Source: Candidatus Hodarchaeota archaeon
GTDB taxonomy: Archaea; Asgardarchaeota; Lokiarchaeia; Sigyniarchaeales; SOKP01
Length of the DNA stretch: 64,000 bases
Assembly (NCBI GenBank): GCA_048887225.1
Contig: JBHLJY010000007.1
Coordinates: forward strand, 51,294 to 115,293
Direction of reading: 5' to 3'
In this document: positions 1 through 9,347 of the stretch, in pieces
Position numbering within the stretch: the stretch's first letter is position 1
Layout: every line of letters starts with the position of its first letter
Notes under the pieces: model-generated
What the model was told of the DNA's origin: nothing
What the model saw: the letters and a program-made list of their open reading frames with translations, nothing else
The model's database searches: none
Program-made: the position numbers and the translations under genes

Positions 1-785
1 ATGATAGATTTTCGTCATTTACGAATCTCAAAAAAATTTTAAAAGTAAGTACTGGTACGATTTATCATCATCTAGATTCATTATCTCAATTGATTGAACA
101 GAAAGAGGACAAAAAGTATTATTTGACTGACTTAGGAATGTACGCATATAATTCTTTAAAAGAAAATATTGAGATAATAGAATCGCCAGATATTTCAAAA
201 CGGGAATTTAATTCGCCTTTTTTGAGATTTTTAATGTTTTTAACTCCTAAAAAATTTATTTCATTTGAAGAAAAAGATAAAGTTTATAATTCCATAGTTT
301 CTCTTAGTATTTTAATGATAGGCGCGATACTTTGTGGATTAAACGCATTTTACACATTTTTTATATTTCATATAGAAACTACAGAAGATATTTATAAGTT
401 AGAAATTATTTCTCACGTATATTTTTCTATATTATATATACTTAATTTCATAATTTCTTTTTTGCTCGTAGAAGGAAGTTGTCGTTTATTTTACAAGAAA
501 AAAGAGAGAACCCTCGATTTCCTCTTTACCTTACCGATTATATTTTATCCGATGGTAATTTACTTATTAATACATTTCATTTTATTATCTTCAGAATTAC
601 TTATTAAAATAACATTTTTCCGTATTATAGATGTCTTTCTACTCATTTTTTTTCAAGTTTTATCCCTGTGGTTGTTAACCTATAGTATTAGTGTGAATAA
701 AGGATTAAAAATCGAAAATGGATTAATAGTTTCTTTATTTCTACATTGGGGTAGTTTTACAATTGTTTTGTTTTTACTTATTTGA
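1..785 (+). CDS. 5'-truncated gene: winged-HTH (ArsR-like) N-terminus fused to a multi-pass membrane domain
   Basis: The frame of ORF 90..785 stays open back to the window edge. It reads ...KVSTGTIYHHLDSLSQLIEQKEDKKYYLTDLG, an ArsR-type recognition helix plus wing. This is followed by about 5 hydrophobic segments. Confidence 0.5.
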   Translation, partial: DRFSSFTNLKKILKVSTGTIYHHLDSLSQLIEQKEDKKYYLTDLGMYAYNSLKENIEIIESPDISKREFNSPFLRFLMFLTPKKFISFEEKDKVYNSIVSLSILMIGAILCGLNAFYTFFIFHIETTEDIYKLEIISHVYFSILYILNFIISFLLVEGSCRLFYKKKERTLDFLFTLPIIFYPMVIYLLIHFILLSSELLIKITFFRIIDVFLLIFFQVLSLWLLTYSISVNKGLKIENGLIVSLFLHWGSFTIVLFLLI

Positions 786-790
786 ATGTT

Positions 791-2092
791 TCATAAATTA
801 ATTGAATAAAAATCTAATTTTTTGAAGGTTTCCATAATTTTAGTCAATCTTATTCGTGAAGATTCGTAATTTTTCTCTTTTGTAGCTATAAAACATGAAT
901 ATCGAATATTTCTATTTTGATTTGAGTTATTAAACGAAATTGGGGGAGTAACAAGTTCAGGTATTTCTTTAACCAATTTAGGGATTATTTCTTCCTTAAT
1001 TTCAATAGCAGTTTTATTACCATTATAATCCAATTCTATTCTTGAAAATTGTGAAAAATTCCTAAAATGTATTTCAGAGGAACTCAAAGACTTCATTTTA
1101 GTATCCCAGATTAATTCAGCGAGATTCTTATCAACAATATTTCTTATTCCAATATACGAGGTAGTTAATCTTGGATTTATTTCTATGAAATATATTGATT
1201 TATCTTTTTTTCTTATAAAATCAATTCCGTAGTAGCTTGAAAATTTTGAAAGATCCATATTTTCTAAAATTTTGACTAAATTTTTTGTTATTTCTTCATA
1301 ATTTTCTGCGGGAGTGGTTCCACCGAGATATTCAGATTCCCCGTTATGATTCTTTATATTAAGATTTTGAGTGTTAACACTTAAAATAATTGGGTTACTC
1401 GAAGTTCCTATCAACGATACACTCAAATCTCTCCCCTCTATAAATTCTTGGAGAATATAATTTCTATTAATATCAAGTTTTTCAGTTAGATCTTTAAAAA
1501 ACTCTCTTATTTGTTTTTCATTTTCAAAATAAAAGATATTCCCCGCTCCTACACCATCTTCTGGTTTAATTATTACTGGACAAGTTAATTGATTAAATTT
1601 TTGAATAATAGAGTTTGCATTAAAATTTTGTTTTTTTCTAGAAATCAGAAATGATAGTGGAGTATTTGCCTTAAAAGTTTTAAAAAATTCATATGTATCT
1701 AATTTATAAGTGCCTAAAGTTATACCATCTAAATCCTCGCTTAAAATTTCCTTATTATTATTTTTTACGATTTTAGTAAGTTTATAAAGAATATCTGAAA
1801 ATTCTGGAGCAATGAGAAAGCAAAATTCGCAATTTTTAACTTCCTTTTCAAACTTTACGAGATAATCATCATTTGCATTAACTTGTTTTATAATATCAGC
1901 TTGTAAAAATTTCTTGTAAGAGATTCCTCTATAATCTAAAAGTATGCTAATTTCAAAATCTAATGATTTAAAATCCTCTATGATTGATCTTAACATCCCA
2001 AATCCTTCGCAAAATAACGAAGTAGGGATGTTAACTTGATTAAATCCACCACCTGAGGCAAATTCAAATAAAAAGATTTTTTTTTTACTCAT
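791..2092 (-). CDS. ATP-grasp family ligase (COG1821/MfnD-like, tentative)
   Basis: 433 aa. The N-terminus FEFASGGG...EGFGMLRSII, the core IIKPEDGVGAGNIF and FIEINPRLTTSY are typical of the ATP-grasp fold. Substrate unknown. Confidence 0.65.
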   Translation of the reverse strand: MSKKKIFLFEFASGGGFNQVNIPTSLFCEGFGMLRSIIEDFKSLDFEISILLDYRGISYKKFLQADIIKQVNANDDYLVKFEKEVKNCEFCFLIAPEFSDILYKLTKIVKNNNKEILSEDLDGITLGTYKLDTYEFFKTFKANTPLSFLISRKKQNFNANSIIQKFNQLTCPVIIKPEDGVGAGNIFYFENEKQIREFFKDLTEKLDINRNYILQEFIEGRDLSVSLIGTSSNPIILSVNTQNLNIKNHNGESEYLGGTTPAENYEEITKNLVKILENMDLSKFSSYYGIDFIRKKDKSIYFIEINPRLTTSYIGIRNIVDKNLAELIWDTKMKSLSSSEIHFRNFSQFSRIELDYNGNKTAIEIKEEIIPKLVKEIPELVTPPISFNNSNQNRNIRYSCFIATKEKNYESSRIRLTKIMETFKKLDFYSINL

Positions 2093-2225
2093 ATCACTTA
2101 TTATAATTTCATTTTTCTGATTTTTAAAGATGAGTCTTTCATACAGTTTATTTAATTAAGTTTAAAAAAAAATGATGAATATCTTATTTAACTCAAATTT
2201 AATAAAAAAACTTTAAGGTTATAAT

Positions 2226-3464
2226 ATGTCATCTTTTTTTCCAGAAGAGACAATGCAGAGAATAAGATTTCTGCATTATAAAATTAAACAACTAGGAGAC
2301 GCTTTAGAAAACGACGAAGATTTTAGCTTAGACGATCTTAACTTAGTTTTTGAATATACAATGATTTTAAATGTAATTTATAAAAAAGAAGATCACAAAA
2401 AGATTTTAAAAGAATTAGATATAATTCCATCTTTTCATGATCCTATCGAGGACAAAGAGATAGAAATAAATGATTTGATTTTTGAATGCGCTCGTGCTTT
2501 ATGGATATTGGCAAGAGCTTATTCAAAACTTTCAGATAATTTTGAGGATGAGGAAGATTTTGAGAATGCTATAATTGCAATGGTAGAATGTAGCAAGATT
2601 TACAAAGCAGCGGCCTATTTCAGCGCAGCCGCTATTAATCAAAAAGAAAAAAGCAGTACGCTACTCCCTGATAATTTAGAATTAACTTCTGAAGAAGCTC
2701 GCGGGTTGGCTCAAAGTATTGCTGCCGCAAAGGAAGAAGATAATAATAATTTATATTTTTCCTCAAAATTGTATTCAGGACTCTCATTACTATCAAAAAG
2801 ATTATTTTACCTAAAAAAACACAATGAAATAAAAAAACAACAAATAAGAGCCCAATTTCATTATGATATGGGGAAAGCGTGTCACCTAAAAGCCCGTGCA
2901 TCCTTAGAATCTTCGATAACAGATATTAATCTAGAAAAAGTAAAGAAATTAAAACAAAAAGCTCAATTTTACTATTTAAAGGCTAAAGATATCTGGGAAA
3001 ATATGCTTAACAATTTAAAGGATCTTACAAAAAAGGAAGAAGAGAATTTAGATAACAACATATCTGTAGTTAAGGAGCATCTAAATGAAATCGATGAAGA
3101 GATTTTAGATTACGAAGAGATAAAGAGAATTCAGGATCCTGAGCCAGTTATAGTAGTTCCTGAAAATTTAGCGCCTTTTGTACCGAAATCGACAGTATAT
3201 TTAACTAAATTCGTACCGAAAGATTTAAATGTAAAAAGATTTAAGAATTTCCAACGCAAGAAATTGGAACAAAAAATACCTTATAGTAGAAAAGAGAAAC
3301 TAATAGATAAAAAGGCAGGAATCGTTAGAACCTTAAATGAATTAAAACAATTGAAGGATAATAAGGAGATCGCCATAGAGAAATTCGCTGAACTTATGGA
3401 AAAATACTCTACAAAACTTAAAATGGTAGATACGGCTATAGAAAAACTAAATTCTAAGTCTTAA
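2226..3464 (+). CDS. hypothetical all-helical / coiled-coil protein
   Basis: 412 aa long ORF. It has an Ala-rich helical repeat-like core and a K/E-rich C-terminal coiled-coil. No motif recognised. Confidence 0.5.
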   Translation: MSSFFPEETMQRIRFLHYKIKQLGDALENDEDFSLDDLNLVFEYTMILNVIYKKEDHKKILKELDIIPSFHDPIEDKEIEINDLIFECARALWILARAYSKLSDNFEDEEDFENAIIAMVECSKIYKAAAYFSAAAINQKEKSSTLLPDNLELTSEEARGLAQSIAAAKEEDNNNLYFSSKLYSGLSLLSKRLFYLKKHNEIKKQQIRAQFHYDMGKACHLKARASLESSITDINLEKVKKLKQKAQFYYLKAKDIWENMLNNLKDLTKKEEENLDNNISVVKEHLNEIDEEILDYEEIKRIQDPEPVIVVPENLAPFVPKSTVYLTKFVPKDLNVKRFKNFQRKKLEQKIPYSRKEKLIDKKAGIVRTLNELKQLKDNKEIAIEKFAELMEKYSTKLKMVDTAIEKLNSKS

Positions 3465-3530
3465 TTTTTTCTGAAAACTTTAATTTTTTAAATTATTTTC
3501 ATTTTTATTTTAAGAACTCTTTATTTAATC

Positions 3531-3800
3531 ATGTCTGATCAATTGGCATTATTAAAAAATATAAAAAGCATATTATCGGATTTAGTTTATATTAATGGAG
3601 TAATCGCAACAGAAATAATAAGAATTACAGAAAATACTGCTGTTATTCGCCGTGGAGAAGAATTCCTGAATAAAAGTACATGTATTCAAGAACATAATCA
3701 ACTAAATAAACGAATTATAGATATAGTAAAAAAAAACTGTCTTAATTTAGAAGACACCACAAGTTTAAAAAATCATGTTTTAAAACACGGAGACCAATAA
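3531..3800 (+). CDS. hypothetical small protein
   Basis: 89 aa ORF with ATG start in an otherwise empty gap. No motif recognised. Confidence 0.35.
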   Translation: MSDQLALLKNIKSILSDLVYINGVIATEIIRITENTAVIRRGEEFLNKSTCIQEHNQLNKRIIDIVKKNCLNLEDTTSLKNHVLKHGDQ

Positions 3801-3868
3801 AAATAATTCAATTTAAAGCATTTAATTTAAAAGAATAAAAACAATTTAAATTAGCTTAGGGTAATATA

Positions 3869-4591
3869 ATGGATAAGATTAATATAGAAAATATTAATAT
3901 TCCAATAAAAAAGGATAACATTTGCCTTAAGGGGTCTATATATTTTTCTTCAAATACTCCCACTAAGGCTCCTTGGATTATAGTTTTAGCTGGTTTATTA
4001 TATCACAGAGGTAGTAAATTCGTCAAATCCTACATTGAAAGATTTGCTTACGCAGGATATTATGTTTTATCTTATGATTATCGTGGTCATGGTGAAACCG
4101 TTAAAGAAACGGGAAAATTTAAATATATTGAAATGATACCAAAAATTTATTTGGATATTCATGAAGCTATAAGTTGGATATTAGATAAACAATCTAATAG
4201 GATTTTGAACGACAAAATTGTATTATTTGGAAGAAGTGTAGGAGGAGCAATTATATTAACTAATGGTTTTATAGATGAAAGAGCGAAAATCTTAATTCCT
4301 CTTTGTACAAGATATGACTATGCATCTATTGGAATTAAATACCCTCAAAATCTAATTGAAAAAATTAGTCCTAAGTATTTTTTAAAAGAAGATCCGTCAA
4401 ATAATCATAGAATTTTAATAGGGCATTGCAAAGATGATCAGAGAATGCCTTTTGAAAATGTTATACAAATAAAAGAGCATCTTGCTTTAAGTGATGAAAA
4501 TGTTATGATATTTGATGAAGGGGGACATTCCTTCAAAGGACATCGAGAGGAAGTATTTGAACGCTCTATCAATTTTTTAAAAAAATTATAA
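3869..4591 (+). CDS. alpha/beta hydrolase (dienelactone hydrolase / S9-like)
   Basis: 240 aa. Nucleophile elbow GRSVGG, a C-terminal GHCKDD acid and GGHSF histidine, and YDYRGHGET typical of the fold. Confidence 0.7.
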   Translation: MDKINIENINIPIKKDNICLKGSIYFSSNTPTKAPWIIVLAGLLYHRGSKFVKSYIERFAYAGYYVLSYDYRGHGETVKETGKFKYIEMIPKIYLDIHEAISWILDKQSNRILNDKIVLFGRSVGGAIILTNGFIDERAKILIPLCTRYDYASIGIKYPQNLIEKISPKYFLKEDPSNNHRILIGHCKDDQRMPFENVIQIKEHLALSDENVMIFDEGGHSFKGHREEVFERSINFLKKL

Positions 4592-4640
4592 GAAAAGAAT
4601 TAATAAATTAAATATCAAATTATAAAAAAGTGTAAATTTA

Positions 4641-5543
4641 ATGGACAAAATTCTGATTGTAGGACCTGCATCTCAAATTCTTGGGGTAAAAATCGCTCAA
4701 GAATTAGGCATCGAAAGCCTGAATACTGAATTTAAAACTTTCCCCGACGGAGAAAACTATTTAAGAATCAATATTGAAGATGAAACAGAAATAAAAGGAA
4801 AAGAAGTTATAATTGTTCAATCATCTGGACCAAGTTCTAGTGGTAATCAAAATACCAGATTATTTGAACTTTTTATGATGATAGACTCCGTAAAGCGCAT
4901 TGGAGCAGCAAAAATCATTGTAGTAATCCCTTATTTTGCTTATGGTCGTCAAGATAAAATATTTAGACCCGGTGAGAGCCAATTTGCTAATCTAATTATA
5001 AGAATTATAGATTCTATGGGCATCGATGAACTTTATATAGTGGATATTCATGCTCCAGAAGTTTTAGAAGAAACTTTTTGCAAAACTATAAATATTGATT
5101 CCATGAAAGTATTAGCTGATTATATTAAGTCAAAAGGTGCTAAAGATATTGTAGTTGTCGCTCCAGATAAAGGTGCTGTCGAAAGATCGAAAGCTTTTGC
5201 GAAATATTTTGGAAAAAATGTGCCTGTAGATTGTTTTGAAAAGAAAAGAGATTTTAAAACAGGTGAAATAACAATGTCGGGTAATTTAAGTCTTGAAGAT
5301 AAAGATGTAGTAATTTCTGATGATATTATTGCAACAGGCGGTACTATGGCCACAGCAATAAAATTGTCTAAAGAAAGTGGAGCAAATAAAATCTATGCTG
5401 TTGCTACTCACGCATTGTTATTACAAAATGCAAAATATAGGATATTGAATGCGGGTGCAGATGAAATAATTGGGACAGATTCTATAGATAACGAAGCTGC
5501 CAAAGTTTCATTAGCAAAAACAATCGCAAACTTCCTAATATAA
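4641..5543 (+). CDS. prs: ribose-phosphate pyrophosphokinase (PRPP synthetase)
   Basis: 300 aa. Contains FPDGE, YFAYGRQD, VDIHA and the PRPP-binding loop VISDDIIATGGT. Confidence 0.9.
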   Translation: MDKILIVGPASQILGVKIAQELGIESLNTEFKTFPDGENYLRINIEDETEIKGKEVIIVQSSGPSSSGNQNTRLFELFMMIDSVKRIGAAKIIVVIPYFAYGRQDKIFRPGESQFANLIIRIIDSMGIDELYIVDIHAPEVLEETFCKTINIDSMKVLADYIKSKGAKDIVVVAPDKGAVERSKAFAKYFGKNVPVDCFEKKRDFKTGEITMSGNLSLEDKDVVISDDIIATGGTMATAIKLSKESGANKIYAVATHALLLQNAKYRILNAGADEIIGTDSIDNEAAKVSLAKTIANFLI

Positions 5544-5555
5544 GAACTAAAATGA

Positions 5556-6098
5556 TTAATAATTATTTATTATTCCCAAAACTATTCTTCTGGTTTTGTT
5601 TTTTAAATCCTCAATAGTAGAGCTATTTTCTATTTTATATTCAGCTTTCTTAATAACATCCTTTAATCCGAAATGAATTTCCCTTTTGTCCCTTTCTCTT
5701 AATTCACTAATAGTCTTAGGATCATCGCGACGTCCTCTTTCATAAAGTCTTTTGAATCGTATATTTTCATCAATAACCGTTGCTATTAAAGGGAATTTCC
5801 AACTCTTTCTAAATATATTTATTTCTGCGATTGATCTCACACCATCTACAAAGATAACATCGCACTTTAAATTATTAATTAATTCAACGCACATTTTAGC
5901 AATAATTTCTTGTCCACCTTCGTTTCTTAAATTATTTGCAATCTTTCCTAAATTTACGTCTGTAGGTTCGATACCCCTTATTTTTGCTTCGTTCCGTATT
6001 ACATCTCCCATTGTGATTATTGTCCCTAAATCGCTTATTGCTTCCATTGCAGTTGATTTACCGGAACCAGGAAGACCACAGAATCCTATTACTTTCAA
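5556..6098 (-). CDS. P-loop nucleotide kinase, archaeal UPF0200 / CoaE-like family
   Basis: 180 aa. Walker A GLPGSGKST at the N-terminus, and FVDGVRS plus RGRRDD typical of small NMP/dephospho-CoA-kinase-like proteins. Confidence 0.7.
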   Translation of the reverse strand: MKVIGFCGLPGSGKSTAMEAISDLGTIITMGDVIRNEAKIRGIEPTDVNLGKIANNLRNEGGQEIIAKMCVELINNLKCDVIFVDGVRSIAEINIFRKSWKFPLIATVIDENIRFKRLYERGRRDDPKTISELRERDKREIHFGLKDVIKKAEYKIENSSTIEDLKNKTRRIVLGIINNY

Positions 6099-6205
6099 TT
6101 TGGTAAAATTAAATTTTTAAATATAATTTATATATTAAGTTTATATTTAAATTCTATATAGTCTTAATGAAGAAATGATTAAAAACCGTATAAAAAAATT
6201 CATTT

Positions 6206-7318
6206 ATGAATGTAGATCCAATTTCAGATCCTATTTCTGCTCCTGTTTTTCTTTCATATAAAGCATATAGGAGAATCGTTGGATATGCAACTAGGTATGC
6301 TAATAATCATATTGATGAGAAAGACTGGAAGGAAGTTTATGGAATATTAATAGGATCCGTAGAAAAAAATAAAAAAGTAGTTATAAAAGACGCCGTTCCT
6401 GTTTGTACTGGTTTGAGAACAGGAGTAGAATTAGAACCTATACATTATGTAGATTTATCACAAATTGATGCCTCTTTATATGAAAGATTTATTAAAAATA
6501 AAACAACAGATTTTTTTATCGGATGGTGGCATTCACATCCAGGATTAGGTTTTTTCTTTTCAGAAATAGATTGCAAGACGCATTTAGGATATCAAGATAA
6601 AAATCCTTTCGCTATTGGTTTAGTTTTTGACCATACTAAGATGAGTCCAAATTCTTTGGGTATAGCTGCTTTAAGATTAGATAATCCAGAAAAAGGTATA
6701 TTTAGTAAATATGTATTAGTAAAATTAAATTATAAGGGAAAAAAAAAAGCTATAAATCAAAAGATAAAAAAATTAAGAGGTGCTATTCAAAACAACATAA
6801 AGATGGTGCTTAAAGAACTCGATTATATAGATGATATTTTAGTAAGAAGGGAATTAATCAATCTACAGAAAAATTATGGGTTAATTCTAGTTTCAAAAGA
6901 CAACAATTTAGATATTAAAAAGCAAGACAAGGGTAAAATACAGGATGAGAATAAACTATATGTAGGACAGCCAAAAGATTATAAGAAGTCTTATAAAATA
7001 CCAAGATTTAGAAACGAGATCGAAGGAGATTTATTAATGTATTCAACAATTTTAAAACATTTTTCAGAAAGGGGAAATACAATAAAATTTGAAAAGAAAT
7101 TGACTAAGTATAAAAAAAAATTAAGAAAAAGGTTAAAAAAACCTAATCAATGGTATAACCGGTTAATGAATGATTTTACAAAAAGAATTGAGATTATAAA
7201 TCCCTATAAAGATTATTTAGACACCAATGAAAGAAAGATCATAGAAGTTTTTAAAAAAACCATAACAGAATATTATAAAATCTTAAATAATCTAAACAAA
7301 AAAGCAGAGTTAAATTAA
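6206..7318 (+). CDS. JAMM/MPN+ metalloprotease (Rpn11/CSN5-like isopeptidase) with long Lys-rich C-terminal extension
   Basis: Complete JAMM motif: upstream Glu (GVELEP), then WWHSHPGLGFFFSEID, which fits HxHx7Sx2D. About 170 aa of K-rich helical sequence follow the catalytic domain. Confidence 0.8.
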   Translation: MNVDPISDPISAPVFLSYKAYRRIVGYATRYANNHIDEKDWKEVYGILIGSVEKNKKVVIKDAVPVCTGLRTGVELEPIHYVDLSQIDASLYERFIKNKTTDFFIGWWHSHPGLGFFFSEIDCKTHLGYQDKNPFAIGLVFDHTKMSPNSLGIAALRLDNPEKGIFSKYVLVKLNYKGKKKAINQKIKKLRGAIQNNIKMVLKELDYIDDILVRRELINLQKNYGLILVSKDNNLDIKKQDKGKIQDENKLYVGQPKDYKKSYKIPRFRNEIEGDLLMYSTILKHFSERGNTIKFEKKLTKYKKKLRKRLKKPNQWYNRLMNDFTKRIEIINPYKDYLDTNERKIIEVFKKTITEYYKILNNLNKKAELN

Positions 7319-7532
7319 AATGCCTAGTTAATGCAATATAGAAATTTATCAGATGTGCTTTATTGAGAGATAATAAAAACTGTCTGATTTTAGTATTTGC
7401 TTTTTAATACATTTAAATATTTAAAAACTAATAACAAATTAAGAAGTTTTAAAAAATTTTATATTCATAAAAATATACTATTTATTGTATAACTTCTTTT
7501 TAATCAACAACGTAAAATTTTTATGGTTTTAT

Positions 7533-7850
7533 ATGGCTAACGCAAATACGATTTTTATTAAAAATCGACGAGATAAAAGTAAGATCATTAAAGACGCGAT
7601 TTTTGCTTTCTCTGGTGGGCGAAAATCTATTTTAATCAAAGGTGAAGGTGAAGAAATATCAACTGCGGTTGAAATTGCCGAGATTCTAAAAAATCGATTA
7701 TATCCTGGTATAGAAATAGAAAATGTGTCTTTGGGAAGTCGTCCCTTTTATGAACGCAAGCATAGAGGCTATAATTATAGAAATAAATCTAATCAAAATA
7801 AAAAAGATATAATTTCTAAAATCGAAATTTTACTTAAAACTAAATCTTAA
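7533..7850 (+). CDS. albA: DNA/RNA-binding protein Alba
   Basis: NTIFIKNRRDKSKIIKDAIFAFSGGRKSILIKGEGEEISTAVEIAEILKNR matches the Alba fold signature. The ATG at 7533 is preferred over the TTG-extended track ORF at 7485. Confidence 0.8.
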   Translation: MANANTIFIKNRRDKSKIIKDAIFAFSGGRKSILIKGEGEEISTAVEIAEILKNRLYPGIEIENVSLGSRPFYERKHRGYNYRNKSNQNKKDIISKIEILLKTKS

Positions 7851-7889
7851 ATGTAATTCTATGACATTTAAAAAATTTTGTTGTGATTT

Positions 7890-8063
7890 ATGACAATTGG
7901 CTTTAAGAATTTAGGACCTATGATTAAGGAGTTAAGATTACCTGTTGTATGTGAAAAATGTGGTAATTATATATATAAGATGTGGTTTTACGATGAAAAT
8001 TCTAAACATAAGGAAAAAATCGTTTTTGTTTGTAAAAACTGCCATAATAATTCAAAAAAATAG
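7890..8063 (+). CDS. small zinc-ribbon protein (57 aa), absent from the ORF track
   Basis: Hand translation gives MTIGFKNLGPMIKELRLPVVCEKCGNYIYKMWFYDENSKHKEKIVFVCKNCHNNSKK*. It has two CxxC pairs. It lies 39 nt downstream of alba on the same strand. Confidence 0.4.
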   Translation: MTIGFKNLGPMIKELRLPVVCEKCGNYIYKMWFYDENSKHKEKIVFVCKNCHNNSKK

Positions 8064-8069
8064 GAAATT

Positions 8070-8921
8070 CTAAATTTTATAGTTATTAGTTTTATCCAAT
8101 TTTTTAGCTACTTTTTTCTGTTTTTTGTTTTCTAAGTACTTGTTCCAATCGAAAGCAAAGATAATGTACATCATAGTTAACGTCACTAACAGCATTATAC
8201 TTTCAGTAACAACGCTTTGGATGTCGTCAGAATTAACCCCAAATGCAGAAAAACCTAATAATAATAGAATGGGGAGTAAAACATAAAAAATGGTAGTAAT
8301 ATTTTTTCCTAACCACCCAGATATTAAACATTTTGAAAAATTAAACTCTTTTTTTTCCAACATTCCTAAAGCTATCCATAATGGATCATCAGGAATAGGT
8401 AAGGCAGCAGCAAGAAATATATATAAATACGTGCGATTGGGGTGATCAAGAATTAATTTACCAAAACCTTTGACATTTTCAAGGGTTCTAGAATCTTTGC
8501 TTTCTGTAAATTTTCTTGCGCCTCTTCCCAGTAAGAAACTAGTAAGTTCACCTAACGCGCAACCTAGACCAGCAGCAATTGCAATCCCTATGATCTCGAA
8601 CCAGAAGGGTGCTGTCAATAATATTTCTTCCATTCTTAACCCATTATTCCTATATCTTAAATAAATAGAATTAGATAAAGAAAATAGTACAAAAGGGAAA
8701 GGTATTGGAAATCCTATACTTGCACTTCCAATGAAACAGATAATGAGCGAAATTAAAAGCGCCCATAAATAATTTGGTCCTTTAGTAAGATTTGCAATTT
8801 CTTGCCTTCCTTTTATTATGGTGTTTTGAATATCTGGCACTAGAAAAAATAATACAAGATAAATTACTACTGCTAAATAAAAGAATGTAAAAACAATAGT
8901 TAAATTCTTTCCTATCCCCAT
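8070..8921 (-). CDS. integral membrane protein (DedA/VTT-like, tentative)
   Basis: 283 aa with about 6-7 hydrophobic segments. The family assignment is weak. Confidence 0.55.
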   Translation of the reverse strand: MGIGKNLTIVFTFFYLAVVIYLVLFFLVPDIQNTIIKGRQEIANLTKGPNYLWALLISLIICFIGSASIGFPIPFPFVLFSLSNSIYLRYRNNGLRMEEILLTAPFWFEIIGIAIAAGLGCALGELTSFLLGRGARKFTESKDSRTLENVKGFGKLILDHPNRTYLYIFLAAALPIPDDPLWIALGMLEKKEFNFSKCLISGWLGKNITTIFYVLLPILLLLGFSAFGVNSDDIQSVVTESIMLLVTLTMMYIIFAFDWNKYLENKKQKKVAKKLDKTNNYKI

Positions 8922-8957
8922 TCTTAGAATTAACTCTTTTATTTTTTATCTTAGTTT

Positions 8958-9347
8958 TTATTTGATCTTAAATATTTTGGTGTTCAATCCATTCCTTGCG
9001 TACAAAATTTCTTCAGTAATAATAACTTTACCAACTTTATTTACCTTATTTGGCATTTCAAGATTTTCAATAACTATAATCAATTCATCTGTTTTCGGAT
9101 TATAAACCAAATCGCCTTTTTCAACATCTTTGATAGATTTTGGATTTATACCTTCTCTTAAACCCAAACCAGGAAGCGTCCAATATTTCTTCGATCCAAA
9201 ACTAAAACGTCCTCTTAGTACAAATGGCATCTTATCAAGTATTGCATCAGCAGAAATCGGAGCAAAAATACGGTCAATATAACCGTTTAAAGGTGTTATC
9301 CCGAAAATTTCAATCTTGATAGGGATATCTCCACCTGATTCTGACAT
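8958..9347 (-). CDS. cyclophilin-like (TM1367-like) small protein, tentative
   Basis: 129 aa. The pattern PISADAILDKMPF...GDLVYNPKTDELIIVIE...VGKVI resembles the cyclophilin-like fold family, recalled from memory only. Confidence 0.4.
   Translation of the reverse strand: MSESGGDIPIKIEIFGITPLNGYIDRIFAPISADAILDKMPFVLRGRFSFGSKKYWTLPGLGLREGINPKSIKDVEKGDLVYNPKTDELIIVIENLEMPNKVNKVGKVIITEEILYARNGLNTKIFKIK

Noticed and set aside
5752-6120. 122-aa ORF on + overlapping the P-loop kinase gene. Similar antisense ORFs lie at 2635..2901, 5120..5353, 8470..8664, 11784..11996, 12275..12604, 13580..13774, 16444..16701, 17850..18080, 18758..18994, 22034..22258, 23747..23965, 25687..25920, 27151..27498, 28728..29243, 29944..30129, 31686..31928, 32577..32759, 35199..35435, 36674..36949, 38058..38252, 38509..38694, 42302..42484, 44379..44588, 44938..45306, 46063..46540, 53183..53467 and 56041..56226.
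   Set aside because: Each lies within or antisense to a gene with strong family motifs, has low-complexity composition and carries no recognisable motif. They are typical shadow ORFs.
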